A stretch of DNA of 37,801 nucleotides, taken from the NCBI GenBank assembly GCA_002256025.1, contig NKIB01015187.1, positions 1 through 37,801 on the forward strand, written 5' to 3'. Positions 1 through 12,780 of the stretch are shown here, one piece after another. The first letter of the stretch is position 1. Every line of letters begins with the position of its first letter. Position numbers and translations under genes: made by a program. Origin of the DNA: Asterionella formosa. Its lineage: Eukaryota. The notes beneath the pieces were generated by a model. That model searched no databases and was not told where the DNA came from. It was given only the letters and a program-made list of their open reading frames with translations.

Positions 1-8
1 CCTTCTGT

Positions 9-891
9 ATTGGAATCTATTGGTGATGAAGGTGACGCAATAACACTTTCTCGTACAAACAAGGTGACAATGGTATCTATGTCACCTCGAACTCAGGCTA
101 CAGCACATTCTTGTACAGATAAGGTGACGACATTGGTATCTATTACTGATGGAGGGGACGCAATAACACGTTGTTCTCGTACAAACAAGGCGACATTGGT
201 ATCTATCCTTGTCACCTCGTACTTAGGTTAAAAATAAGATCAAACGAGCTCAAAGTTGTTATCTGTGATCTTATTTAATGGCAATCATAACTAACCAGAA
301 AGTATGATGTGTAATTTTTTAGTAGTAAGATTTAATTCATGTTAAAAGTGAGATCAAAAAAGCTGAAGATTGTTATCTGTGATTTTTTGTTGGCAATCGA
401 ATCTAACCAAAGTATGATCTGTAATTTTTTAGTAGTAAGTTACATTCATGTTAAAAGTAAGATCAAAAAAGCTAAAGATTGTTATCTGTGATCTTATTTA
501 TTGGCAATCATATCTAACCAAAGTATGATCTGTAATTTTTTAGAAGTAAGATATATTCATGTTAAATGTAAGATCAAAAAGCTAAAAATTGTTATCTGTG
601 ATCTTATTTATTAGCAATCATTTCTAACCAGGAGGTATGATCTGTAATTCATAACGATTGATTCGAGCGATTCATCTACTAGTAAATTTTTTTATGATTT
701 GTACCATATGAAATTTTTTGTATGACTCCCGCTTGCTTATTTAGGGTCTTCATTAAATTAATTACTTGTAGGTACAAGAATTGATGCGGGAAAATTCAAA
801 AACAGTGCATCAGGTCGTGGAAAACAATGATACCGGTATCCTCTTGCATTGAATAAATTTGAATTATGTATAACCTTAATTGATGATAGTA
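9..891 (+). repeat. Composite direct repeat, copy A (partner at 4330-4987)
   Basis: Near-identical to 4330-4987 (ATTGGwATCT...TGATGATAGTA). It has ~62-bp subrepeats (TTGGTATCTAT), then ~111-bp tandem units, then a non-tandem tail. Confidence 0.95.
227..646 (+). repeat. Tandem array, ~110-114 bp unit, about 4 copies
   Basis: GTTAAAAGTAAGATCAAA...GTTATCTGTGATC...GGCAATC..TCTAACC recurs at about 227, 341, 450 and 561. Copy B has only 2 units (about 4554 and 4666). Confidence 0.9.
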
Positions 892-1300
892 TACACATTA
901 TGTGCATATATTTATATGTTTCAAAATTTTATAAATATTTTCCTTAGCCTATATATACATTTGAAATCATGTTTAGAGGTTTCTTGTTATGCATACCGGT
1001 TACACATGATCCTGAAATAAATGATCTTCTCTGCACTGTGACAAGGAAAACTGAAAGAATGACGCTTCAACGAAAACAATGATGATAAACCTTGTTGCGG
1101 CTTAGAAGGATTGAAAATGGAAAAGTGAACTGAATCTAGCTATGCTATGCATGTCAAGAGTACATGCCAAGGTAATCAATTGTTGGGTTCACAAAGACTA
1201 AATGATTGCCTCCTTCCCCAACAATTCAAAAACACATTTCGCATTCAGCAGGATACCACCAATGTCGACCAAAAACTTGTAAATGCTCTTGCTGGATCAA
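700..1300 (+). repeat. Decayed dispersed repeat homologous (inverted) to ~34600-35200
   Basis: ATTGATGC..TTCAAAAA..CAGT..GTGGAAAACAATG..TGCATTGAATA..GAATTAT at 780-870 matches the reverse complement of 35050-35126. Weaker blocks (CACATTTC, ATTCAGCAG, CACCAATGT, TGCTCTTG) continue in the same order. Boundaries are approximate. Confidence 0.7.
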
Positions 1301-1676
1301 TGAGCCACTGTTAGAACATCACTGACACATGTTTGTTTTTCAATCTTTCAGGATAATTTTAATCAAAGAGTTTTGTTGTAAGTTATAAATGACATTGGTG
1401 GAACGGTTTATTGATTTGTACTTATGTCATCATTGACTGACACATTATTTTACTGCATTATGCAAAAACTTCATCGATTTCTGGTAAGTGGAGCATGCTA
1501 AAATGGTACTGTAGTGTTGAGACATAAACAAAACATGGCTAACGAGCAAGTAATTCCTTCTCATTGTTATTATAATTAGGAAATCAAAATGGATGAAACA
1601 GAATCGGATCAAAAGGAAATAGGATTTGCAGCATGTAGTCAGACGAGTTTCAGAATCAGAGTGGTGGAAGGGTTGC

Positions 1677-1847
1677 GGGAGGTATGCAAAAAGATATTTG
1701 AAGGCAGGAAGCAATGCATCCTCAAGAGCATTGAAGGGAAGCAGGAGGCATGTATCAAGAGCATTGAAGGGACGTGGGGGAGGCATACATCCTCACACCA
1801 AGCATTGAAGAAGGGAGGCGGGAGGCATGTATCAAGAGCATTGAGAC
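1677..1847 (+). repeat. Degenerate minisatellite (~33-41 bp unit, core GCATGTATCAAGAGCATTGAAG)
   Basis: The AGCATTGA core occurs 4 times, with GGAGGCAT-like leaders. Confidence 0.75.
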
Positions 1848-2466
1848 GATAGAAAAGGGGAACATTGGCTGTTAAAGCATCTGCACAAAATGTAGAAACT
1901 TAAAATTGATTTCGTGATATAACAGTAAAATTACAATCCATTTCAACCTATTTTTAACAGCTATTTCGATAAGACTTACCATCATATAAGGCAGGATAGG
2001 TATATGATAAAAGAATATACATCATAGGATAATGTTTTGATAATTGTATGGTGTTTTGATTATTACGACGAGTAAGCTTAGCCTATTCACTTTCATAGTA
2101 TGTAGTTATCATACATATAACAAAATATGCATCATGCACAGGAAAATTCTCAGAGAAATTCTTTGCCAGTTATTGTATGATACCCCAGATCTTATAAGTA
2201 CGATGCTTTTTATTTGCAGACGTTGGAATCAGCTATTGATTGAATAATGGTTCTGGTACCCTCATAAATATTTTACACTTCGGAGTGGCGAGAACATACG
2301 TGTGGGACAAGCTACACTACGTATATATAAGATATATAAGCTATATATAAAGCGGTCATGTTGTGGAAAGTATATGTGTGGCAATGGGGTTAGGCTGTCC
2401 TATATATTGCCTCTGATGTTGCCAATAAAGAGATTTCTTAAAACTATGGGATAGCACAATGTTATT

Positions 2467-2763
2467 AAGCAAAGTTAAGATGGTTATTTCGAACCCCCTG
2501 CTATTCAAGGTTCATGTGATGCTACTATTTCCTGAATGAAATTAAACTACTTCCTGATTAGTGATGTTGTGGCTCTAATTCTGCAGCATACAAACGTGCT
2601 CGCCAATAGCTAGTCAATGAGAATGGAAGACCAATAATTAAGGCCATGAGCAACAAACTGCGCCGCCATCTGGTGGTCCATTTTCACTTTGATCCACATC
2701 TCATCTTGAAGAACAGATTCGAAAGACGGATCGATGTTCGCAATGGGCGAATTATGATCAAAA
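2467..2763 (+). repeat. ~297-bp dispersed repeat (second copy 13262-13558)
   Basis: AAGCAAAGTTA...AATTATGATCAAAA aligns to 13262-13558 with only a handful of substitutions. Confidence 0.95.
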
Positions 2764-2788
2764 GGTATTATCTTCTTGATTTCGGTTG

Positions 2789-3338
2789 GGTCACTACATG
2801 ACTTATGGAATCAATGTCCAGGCTGTTTGTGATGCTGACTCAAGATTTATTTATTTTGGTGTGATTGCACTGGGAAAATGCAGTGACCAAGTAGCTTTTG
2901 AACAAAATTCCATTTTCGATCGAGTTGCAGCATTCAACACAGGTTTTTATCTGGTCGGTGATGCAGCTTACACATTGTCTGATGTAATGCTTGTTCCCTT
3001 TGTTGACTCACAACGTGATGATCCAAGACAGGATACATTTAACTTTTCCTTTCCCAGCTGAGGATAAGAATAGAAATGGCATTTGGTCTTCTTCAGCCAG
3101 ACAAAATGGTGTCCTCTGAAAAAACCTATCGACAAGCATGAAAACATCTGCACGCATTCTTGATTCATGTACTCAACTTCATAACAATGTGATTAATGAG
3201 AAGATAATTGATAACGAGATTATGGATGATAATCAAATACTTACAGAGATGATTCCAGTCAGTTTGTCACCCCTTGGTTGGGGCTACTTGCCAACTGTGG
3301 AACCATTGTGTATAAGATCAATTATTCCTGATTCTTGA
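2789..3338 (+). pseudogene. PIF/Harbinger DDE transposase (DDE_Tnp_4-type), C-terminal half, frameshifted
   Basis: Motifs GHYxxYGINVQAVCD, GKCSD, YLVGDAAY, then after a frameshift QLRIRIEMAFGLL and LHNxVINE. These are typical of Harbinger transposases. Confidence 0.9.
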
Positions 3339-3720
3339 AAATAAATTTTGATCTTTCATTTTCTCATCAACGACACTGTTTATCATATGATCAATATGTT
3401 ATGATCAAAGGTATCATAGGATAAACGAATCAAAATTTATTGATCAAAGATCATAGTTTATATTGGAGTAGTTGCTCATGCATGCAACCCCTTCCCCTTC
3501 TGTATACAGTACGGAAGTGACAACCCCCAAGCTACCAAATTTTTATGTCTTGTAAGAATTATCGCAGCATGCATGCACACATGACTCCTACAGGTATACG
3601 TGTGCAAATTGAAAACATCTAATTCGTGTGATGCATCTTACAATGGCGATCATATGATCATATAAATTCGATTTATCATCTAATATGAAAAATATTTATC
3701 GTCATGTAGAATATTGTATG

Positions 3721-3754
<34 letters not shown>
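3721..3754. repeat. Compound microsatellite (TA)9(GA)8
   Basis: Read directly from the sequence. Confidence 0.95.
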
Positions 3755-3988
3755 TACATGAATTTTTGTATGTATACCATCACTGGCTGCAAACATCAAC
3801 AACCGCTCAATCTGAATGCGTGTTGCATGAGTAGGACAGTAGTACATGGGTATGTGTACATATCTGCTGTAGCAATCTATAGTTCAGAAGACATGATAGA
3901 TATGCAATTGCGAGTCTATTGTTGTGTGAGTACTGGTACCAGGTACTACTGTCTATTGTATCATCTATTGTACTAGTACCAATATGTT

Positions 3989-4240
3989 GCACAGATATTT
4001 TTGTATGTAAACGTATGTACACGATTGATTTGAATTTAAATCATGCCCATCATAGGGATACCTATAAAAGCAGCACACATATTTTTGCATGTAAACGTAC
4101 GTACCAGTAAACGATTGATTTGAATTTAAATCATGTCAAGCATTGTGATACCTACATACCGGTATGTTACGCAGATATTTGTATGTAAACGTAATACGTG
4201 TAGGATTGATTTGAATTTGAATCATGCCCATGATAGGGAT
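3989..4240 (+). repeat. Tandem array, ~90-bp unit, 3 copies
   Basis: GATTGATTTGAATTTrAATCATG at about 4023, 4113 and 4204, each preceded by ATGTAAACGTA. Confidence 0.85.
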
Positions 4241-4329
4241 AGGATTAGGTACCGGTAGTGACTTTGGTATACCGGTATCTAAAGGTGATTGAGGGTACCC
4301 AATATCACGTAGTCGTACAACAATGTGGC

Positions 4330-4987
4330 ATTGGTATCTGTTGGTGATGAGGGTGACGCAATAACACTTTCTCGTACAAACAAGGTCACATTGGTATCTA
4401 TGTCACCTCGAACTCAGGCTACAGCACATTCTTGTACAGATAAGGTGACGACATTGGTATCTATTGCTGATGGAGGGGACGCAATAACACTTGGTTCTCG
4501 TGCAAACAAGGTGACATTGATATCTATTCTTGTCACCTCGTACTTACCGGTAGGTTAAAAGTAAGATCAAACGAGCTCGAAGTTGCTATCTGTGATCTTA
4601 TTTAATGGCAATCATATCTAACCAGAAAGAATGATGTGTATGTTTTAGTAGTAAGATATATTCATGTTAAAAGTAAGATCAAAAAAGCTAAAAATTGTTA
4701 TCTGTGATCTTATTTATTGGCAATCATTTCTAACCAGGTGGTATTATCTGTAATTCATAACGATTGATTTCAGCAATTCATCTACTAGTAAATTTTTTTA
4801 TGATTTGTACCATATGAAATTTTTTGTATGATTCCCGCTTATTGAGGGTCTTAATTAAATTAATTACTTGAAGGTACAAGAATTGATGCGGAAAAATTCA
4901 AAAACAGTGCATCAGGTCGTGGAAAACAATGATATCCTCATGCATTGTATATATTTGAATTATGTATAACCTTAATTGATGATAGTA
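4330..4987 (+). repeat. Composite direct repeat, copy B (partner at 9-891)
   Basis: Aligns to 9-891 but has two fewer 111-bp units and differs by CCGGTA indels. Confidence 0.95.
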
Positions 4988-5708
4988 GTGATGCACTACT
5001 GTAATACAGTACCGTATCTATTTGAGATGCATCTACACTACATCTACTTACATTCCTATCGTAGAAGAATATCCTGAGTAATATTATAATTTTGGATTTC
5101 ATCTTTTGATATTGCACTGACACTCTGATTTTGTTTTACGGAGGCAGGAGTACTATGTTACCAAGCAATAACTGTTCATGATACCTGGTACCTGGTACCA
5201 GGTACCAGTATCGGTATGCTGGTGTGTGCATATAACCTATATTATTGGTATATACTGGTACTAGGTATACCAGCGGAAAAGGAACGGTACATACATAGAA
5301 AAAAGGGGGACATTCTCAGGACATCTGACTCACTATAATTTCCTATTACATCAGCAACGACATTTGACAAAACTACATCAGTACCAGTATGAAAACCACA
5401 GGTACAATTATCACGAATATCGGTTACAGATACGTGTATGTAGCAAAATCATCCACACGATGACCTATGACCCAGTAGAAGCTATATATATACATCAATA
5501 CGCAGGTATATATGATCATTTATGCCGGTATATAAATGGAAATATGAACATATTATATGAACACACGACAATAACTGGCACAACAAAAGGAGGAGAAAAA
5601 AGCCTTGACCTCAATTGAACTGCACTTGTTAAAGTCCTCGACCTAGAGACGAAGAACTTCATTCTTGAATAAAAGTTCTGTCATCACGAGGAACAGTGAA
5701 ACGAAAGA

Positions 5709-7659
5709 ATGGATAGACTATCTTGTTTTGCACTGTTACTATACATTGGTCTTTCATCTGGACAGGACGGAGACGAGTTGCAGTCGTATGCCACGTATCA
5801 GCTGAAATCGCGTCGTCTTCCAGCTACTGGAAGTGATTCTATTGTGCGCAACGAAGGATTTGGAATCCATTTCTTCGACATCTTTGTTGGAAACCCAGCC
5901 CAGAAAAGGACTCTGGCAGTGACAACCAACAGTGACCACACTGCATTTGCTTGCCAGGTATGTTCTACGTCATTCATTTTATTATACTGAAAAGCTTTCG
6001 AAATCACACTTTCTCCGTTCAAATGCTTCATTTTACCCTCCGTTGCTTCAGGACTGCATTAAATGCGGTAGATTAAGATCAAATGTGTTCAATTCAAGTT
6101 CATCTTCAGCCTTCTCTGTGGTCCCTTGCAATCAATGTTCACCGAAGGCAAATTGCGACGGTGACCGATGTATCCAAAGGGCCCAAATGAAAGATCTTAG
6201 CAGCTGGTCGGGCTACGAAGTTAGGGATCACGTTTTTCATGGGGATGGTGTCAAACTTGAAGCGATTATCGGAACCGACGCAGCAGTCATTTCTGGATTC
6301 CCACTCCAGTTTATTTGTCAAACACAAGCTCGAGGGTACTTTGAAAGTTCTGTCATGAATGGCGTACTTGGTATGTCGCCTGCTCCAACTTCCTTTATCA
6401 ATCAAATGTATAACGCTGGAAAGGTGAAAAAGCCTCGGTTTACTCTTTGTTTCAATAATCGCAATTTGAACGGAATGGATGATAGCAACACTGGGGTGGT
6501 AACTTTTGGTGGATTTGAGCGTGCCTTTCTTCAGACGGAAATGGTCTACACCAAGAAGTTGCTTGATGTCAACGAAGAGCATAGTTATAGAATCAACATC
6601 ACGAAACTTCATCTCCGTGTTGGTGGAGGAACTTCTATCCGTCCTGATTTGGAGCAAGCTACAATCCCAATCGCGCCTATGCATGGGGTCAACACAGAGG
6701 CGGTTTTGGACAGTAGTGTCCCCTTCATGAGCTTTGACAGACGTTGGGAACCAGTATTCATGCAGGCCTGGCTGCAAGCTACTGGTAAAGCATTTTCTTA
6801 TGGACGAGAAGAACTCACATATTCTCAATTAGAAAGTCTGCCAACATTGTTGATAGAGATTGAGGTGCGTTGGCATGGGCAGTTCCAAACAAACGTTATT
6901 CTTTTCGTCCATGCTCACATTCCCTTTCTTTTCGTTTAGGGCGACCCTAATACCCCTAAAGAACTTGATACATCAAGTGTCCCAAATCTTACGGATGACT
7001 ACAACGTTCTCATTGCGGTTCCTGCAACTCGCTACATGGCACGCCTCTTGACAGGAAAAAGAGGTTACAGGCCTCGCATTAAATTTGATGGTATTGAAGG
7101 GTCTACGCTCGGTGCCATCGTTATGCAAGGCCATAGTATTTCCTACGAAATTGACATGAACCGAATCGGTTTTGCTGAATCTCAACGGTGCGAAGCCAGT
7201 CATGCTGTGAGTAGAGGGAGAAGTATTGAAAATGGATCAGGTGGCAGCAACACAACTAATGTGGATGGGACGCTGAGTATCAACAACGCAGTTCACCCCT
7301 CTACTGCTGAGCCTGTATCGACTCTGCATGTTCCTTCTGTTAACAACGATGACATGTTCGTCGGCACGACTTCTATCACTTCCTATGCTAGCATTGCGCC
7401 TAACAGTGGAGAGACCACTAGTACTCTGGGAAAATACACAGGTGGCGGATGCGCCACCGCCTCTTGCCGCTGTTTCATGGCAATCGGTTACGTCTTTATT
7501 GGAACGGCTCTGGCAGTTGCCTACCGTCTTTCAAGGCCCAAAGAACGCACGCTTGCTTCGTTTGAAAACTTCGAAAGAGACGAAGAGCCACTCGTGTTTT
7601 CGGTTGACGCTTCAGCTTACCGAAGAAAAACTTTCCATGAAGGAGGAACTATGGTGTAA
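5709..7659 (+). CDS. Pepsin-family (A1) aspartic protease-like protein, signal peptide plus C-terminal TM; 3 exons (5709-5957, 6052-6864, 6940-7659), ~593 aa
   Basis: Two phase-0 GT..AG introns join the three ORFs in frame. Motifs: IFVGNPAQKRTLAVTTNS, CQDCIKCG insert, NGVLGM, FTLCF, AVLDSS, STLGAIVMQGHSISYEIDMNRIGFAESQRC, and a hydrophobic helix FMAIGYVFIGTALAVAY. Confidence 0.88.
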
Positions 7660-7924
7660 ATGTGGAGGTTTATCTTAAACTTTTATACGTTCAATGTCTG
7701 ACGAGAATTTCTTTGCTACTACCTATGTATTCCGAAGAATAAAATTTTTCCGAACTGAAAGTAGTTATGAATAGTCTCGCCGAATCCTCGCCTCATCCCC
7801 TTGCATATGTATATTCTCGATGATTGAATAGGCAACTTGGTTTGTTCGATGGTTGCATTTCAAATGGGGCTCGTGCTCTAAAACCTAAATTGTCTACTCA
7901 TAATGTTCCCTTCTTCGATCAAAT

Positions 7925-8230
7925 TTACTCGTCAGTCTTTGATCCAAACTCCCAGTCTTTCCTACAAAAGGGGCACGTATTCCGACTCGACGTTAGCCAT
8001 GTCTGAACGCATTGCAAGTGGAACGAGTGGCCACATTTGCCCCAAACTACAGGACACTCGTCCCCTGGAAACTTGCATCCTGGAGCAACACCTTCGTAGG
8101 CTGATTGACAAATGCCACATACTTCGTCGTCTTCTCCGGCATTCCAAGTCCATTTCGCTACTCCGTGGTAGCGTTTGATTCGTACTCGGAGCGACCGTTT
8201 GGGTTTGGCGTCCTCATACAATAATGACAT
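7925..8230 (-). CDS. APC11: Anaphase-promoting complex subunit 11 (RING-H2)
   Basis: VAKWTW..CGICQSAYEG..PGCKFPGDECPVVWGKCGHSFHLQC..W..CPFCRKDW is the APC11 signature. Confidence 0.95.
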   Translation of the reverse strand: MSLLYEDAKPKRSLRVRIKRYHGVAKWTWNAGEDDEVCGICQSAYEGVAPGCKFPGDECPVVWGKCGHSFHLQCVQTWLTSSRNTCPFCRKDWEFGSKTDE

Positions 8231-9131
8231 TGTGTGAATTTTGATAGATCAAAACAGGCACGGAAAATGCTTTTCTTTGCTTATTGCGAGATCACTTGTG
8301 GAACTTGTACTTGGCTGGGTGGTAGCTATAGTTAGTTGCTGTTGTAGTGACTAACACCAGTTCATTAATTAGTAAGTTAACATGCAAATCAAAAAGTAGG
8401 ATTAGGTCTACTTTGCTAGTTTTCGATAGTACATGGTTGTCGAAGCGGCCGTCAGGTGATTTACCCGTACTTGGTACCTGGTACCAGGTTCAAGGTTCAA
8501 TTTTCAATTCAAAAACGGAACGCCTTTGTCACGGTAATCTGGTAGAGTACCTGGTACCCTGGAACCAGGTACCATTACCACCCCTGGTACTGGTACTTTC
8601 TCTTTCACCGCCGTCGTCACGACCTGATCCTTGGTGCTGGTCCTTGAGTTGCCGTGATGGATCCTTAGGGTCGTTCTCATCATTCCGAATTTGCTGTATC
8701 ATTTCCGGGTTGCGGGCAAAAAGTGACATTTGGTATCAAAACACGGTATCAGCAACGGTAACTTGATGGTATCAATCTTGTATCATTGATACGAAATTGA
8801 TACTTTTTTTTGCCCACTCCAAAAACGGTATCAGTGATACTGACGTTTTCACGCAGGTATCATTTCTGTTGTCACTAATAAAATAAACGAAAATAAGCCT
8901 GCAAGGCAAGGCACCACTAATAATATTAATGGCATAAACTATCCCTTCAATTTTATGCTGGCTGCGTACATCGTCCAAGCAACACCATTGATACAATTAT
9001 ACGGCACCAGACAGAAACTTATACTTGGCACTTACTTATATTGGCGATCTCATAACTCCCAAGTGTTTTTGTGTATTTGTTACAACAGATCAGTCATTGG
9101 AATCTCCCTGAATATACTACAAGCAAGGCAA

Positions 9132-10390
9132 ATGGAACCGCATATGGAACCAGTCAGACAAACGCAGACAACAACTTTTGATGTGGAGACCACTGTATAC
9201 TATCAAGATTGACCCACCACCTTCAACAATATAATACAGTCTCTTGCTACAGATACTGAAGTCAATCGATTTGTTGACTCCCTCATACTTCCTGATGACT
9301 TTGTGCTTGATAGTGAAAGGACACAGGTGATTTTCATCAAAGGTGTTCCAATGAAGCAGATCTCGGTCAAGGTTCTCCGAAAAATTTGCGTCAGATACAA
9401 AGTTTCTGGATACAAAAATGGGAAGAAGGCTTTCACTGTTGCTTTGATTGCTCGACTTTTGAAGAGAGACAGCTTGTCACAGAGGATATACCCTAGATCT
9501 TTCAATGTCAATGAATCAGACATTGAATTGGATAGTGATAATGATAATCACAAAGATTCATCAATTAATGATGAGGAATTCAAAGTCGATGAAGATTGCG
9601 AAGATGATAATGATGAAAGGAGCGACAAAGTTCAAGAGGCAACAGCAGTGCAGCCACATGAGTCTTTGGTCAATCCTCGGTTTGAACAAGAGGAAGTGAA
9701 CCCTCCTGTAAAAAAGGCGAAAAAGAATAAGGTACAGGCAAAGTCAACCCCTCCAGATGCTGTGACCTGCATCAACACATACTTCTGTGTCATTTATGTC
9801 TACATGTGCAACAAGCATCGCTGTGATGTTTTGCGTCTAGGTCAGCCACCAACTCTGGCTGAACTTGATGCAAGAAGATTTCGACACCAGTTCATTTTCG
9901 ATCGACTTGTTGTCACATATATTGATGATGAGGATGACGAGCGACTGCACCATTCTAGCATTTCCTGAAGATGAATACTGGGACCATGTTGGAATTGATG
10001 CTGACTACGCAAAAAAATATGATGTCCTCACTTCCAAAGACTTTTCATTGTTGGTAAGGATACATTATTCATCATTATCAAGTTGCCTATCGAAAAAACA
10101 AACAATCAGGCAGTCATGATGATTTTGTCAACTTTGTTGGGTCACGTCATTTCCTATATTACTACCATCTTTGGTTGTGTCAAGTTCCGCATTTATTGAA
10201 TGTTGCTGTACCACTGTTACCAAAGTATGCCTTCCGTGAGAGTATAGACATTGACGATACTGCCACCACATCGTCATCAAAATCAAAATCTTCAAGCAAT
10301 TTCAGTGCTAGAAAGAAGGGAAGACATGCAATCTTGACGCAAAAAACTACATCATCTTCTCAAAAACTTGCAAGTGCATCAAGAACATAA
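9132..10390 (+). pseudogene. Probable Harbinger partner (ORF2, DNA-binding) protein, disrupted
   Basis: One reading path runs from ATG 9132 through an in-frame TGA (9210) and frameshifts near 9950 and 10055. It has a basic helical segment (VLRKICVRYKVSGYKNGKK), an acidic linker and SGSHDDFVNFVG..LYYYHLWL. The ORF2 role is inferred from its position inside the TIRs opposite the transposase. Confidence 0.65.
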
Positions 10391-10828
10391 AAAGTTTGTA
10401 AGGAATGATCCCATACCTTCGGATACATCCAAGATCGTAAATTCTACCAACCTCCTTGACTTTGAAGAAAAGGATGAGGAACTTGGCGATAGTAGTTGGC
10501 GGCCATTCAAACATTTCACAAAATAAAAAGATGTTATCTTATAAATAGTAATTAAAATAGCGTTCAATTACATATAAAACATTCCTTATCTGAACCTTCA
10601 ATCACAAATTTCATAAATTAGTCCATCCTGTTCCATCATGTTGCACTAAGAAAGACGAAAACGTTTGACTACGACAACAACAGTGCCTCCAGCCAACCAA
10701 AACCCCAAAACTGAACAAGAACTTAGATGGTCTGAATGGCTGGATTCACTTGGAAAAGATGTCGAAAGTAGTATGAGCATAAACTTAGTTAGATTACTAG
10801 GCACCAACATCTATGAATAAAATTTGCA

Positions 10829-11281
10829 CATTCCCGTCATCCCCTTTGTCTCAATACCCGGTCGGAATATGAGCGACGTGGCTACTGTGAAACTATACCC
10901 ATTACTACGCTAGTACTGTGAGACTGTAGGCTTGCCCTACCAGCATTCCCTTCTTCCCCTTTGTCTCAATACCCGGTTGGAACATCACGTGACTACTGTG
11001 AAACTGTACATATTACTACGCTGGTACTGTTAGACTGTAGGTTTGCCCTACCAGCATTCCCTTCTTCCCCTTGTCTCAATACCTGGTACCCGGTCGGAAC
11101 ATGACGTGACTACTGTGAAACTGTACCGCTTACTACACTGGTACTATGAAACTGTAGGTTTGCCCTACCAGCATTCCCTTCTTCCCCTTTGTCTTAATAC
11201 CCGGTCGGAACATGACATGGCTACAGTGAAACTGAATCTATTACTAAGCTGGTACTATGAAGCTGTAGCTTTGCGCTACCA
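10829..11281 (+). repeat. Tandem array, 111-117 bp unit, 4 copies, inside the Harbinger element
   Basis: Units start CATTCCC at 10829, 10944, 11055 and 11172. They share CCCCTTTGTCTCAATACCCGGT, CTACTGTGAAACT and CTGTAGGTTTGCCCTACCAG. Confidence 0.95.
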
Positions 11282-11473
11282 ATCTAATGTCTATTACTGA
11301 GTATTGTCGGTGCTGCATCGCTTCCGATCCAGCACTTTCTCTGTCTAATCCTATAGTAGTTGACAGACCATTATCATCCCTTTCTGCTTCCTTGTTCTGT
11401 TACAGTCACGTTTCTCTTGACAACTTGACATTCGCACGCTGTCGATAGTGCAATATATCACTTGTTATCTGGA

Positions 11474-12780
11474 ATGGCAAACGTTCCAAGTGCTACAAGG
11501 AATGGAACGATCTTGGTTGTGAAGGGGATACCGATCGCAGATTTTTCAATCAGGAAAAACGTGTTTCTATGGCGTTTTTCATGTCTAATCAAGAGACAAC
11601 GGAAGAGTAAGGAACGACTCATACTGGTTAGATACTTTGATCATGATGACAAAGGGAAGAGGGAGACGAGACTAGATGACAGTGTCCTGGATTTTGTTCT
11701 CATCAAATTCTATGTGGTCCTAGAGTCTGGCTCGTTCAACAAAACATCATTTGAAACTTCAAGGAAATTTCGGAAACATATAGGACCAGCTATGATTTTA
11801 TGGAAAACTCACTTTCCTCGAGATTTTAAACTACATCAGAAAGACAACAATATGCCACCAAATGCAGCAGAAATAGACGATTTGATATGTTTTATCACTG
11901 ATTCATTTCAGTTAATCAAAACAGTTCCGAGAACCGAGAACTTCCTTTATGTTATCGACAGAATTGAATAAGAATGTGTGTTTTTCCTTAATTTATCTTT
12001 CCTTCCCGATGAGTTTTTTGGAACGGAAGAAAAAGACGATCCATTTTTACATGTGGCGAAAATCTTTTTGTACTTCCGAGAAAATCTATAGCCCTCCTAT
12101 TTTTTTGTTGAAACAAACATTCAAAACAACTGCAACATATAAAGCACTTGCAAATACCATGGAAGGAAAAGCCATACAAGTGTTTCCTTTCAAGAATTAT
12201 ACTGACAGCTTAAAATATTCAAAGCTGCATCTGCCAAATGTGAAAACATCTTGGCATATGATAAAGTGCTTGTTAATGCCAGGTTCTGATGATGTCTCTG
12301 GCAATAGCGACATAGTTATACCGCACACTACCACAATGTTGATCACCAGTTCTGGAAAGAATGGCTACCCAAAACCTCAGAAACCACACCAAGATTATAC
12401 ACCGACAGAATGCGAAAGGGAAACTCCTATGCCTTGGGGAATGATAATGTCCTTGTCTTTAGGAGGGAACTGTTTAAATATATGGGATAATTATTCGGAT
12501 GAGAAGCATGCAATTACATTTGTCCATACCATTCATATTGATCTTTCTCATGTGTGGAGATATAGTCCATGGAGGAGCTTTGGATAATAGTTTAAAAAAT
12601 GGTGCTCTACGGATTCATTTCTATTTGTCGCCAGCTATAAAGCAAAGAAATGGACACTCTGTCACCAAACTGAAACGACAGGATAACAACATACACACTG
12701 ATGGATCAATATGTGGTTGTAACCAGAAATTCTCGTCATTCTTATTGCAACATGACGGAACAGAGCGGTCTAACTTATGA
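11474..12780 (+). pseudogene. Transposon cargo ORF with C-terminal 2OG-Fe(II) dioxygenase-like motifs, frameshifted
   Basis: Three overlapping + ORFs (11462-11971, 11949-12587, 12499-12780). Motifs: PQKPHQDY (His at 12387), GDIVHGG (His at 12568) and LRIHFY (Arg at 12610). This gives HxD...H...R with double-stranded beta-helix-like spacing. Confidence 0.6.

Noticed and set aside
10..231. Paralogous short ORFs at 10-231 and 4325-4558
   Set aside because: They are translations of the ~62-bp subrepeats and have non-ATG starts. The twin ORFs at 37124-37339 and 37364-37579 are likewise by-products of a duplication.
9..4987. LTR retrotransposon bounded by the two direct repeats
   Set aside because: No TG...CA termini, PBS/PPT or gag/pol remnants were seen. 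The interior holds DNA-transposon fragments.
6139..6828. 229-aa minus-strand ORF
   Set aside because: Antisense shadow of the protease exon 2 with no recognisable motifs. The antisense ORFs inside LTN1, the DnaJ gene and the cyclase-like gene were rejected for the same reason.
8347..8766. 139-aa ORF overlapping the left TIR
   Set aside because: GTG start, composed of GGTACC-rich runs, and it crosses the transposon boundary, so it is not a credible gene.
10829..11281. CRISPR-like array
   Set aside because: Whole units are repeated with no unique spacers, there are no cas genes, and the context is eukaryotic. The same applies to the arrays at 227-646, 3989-4240 and 35395-35810.
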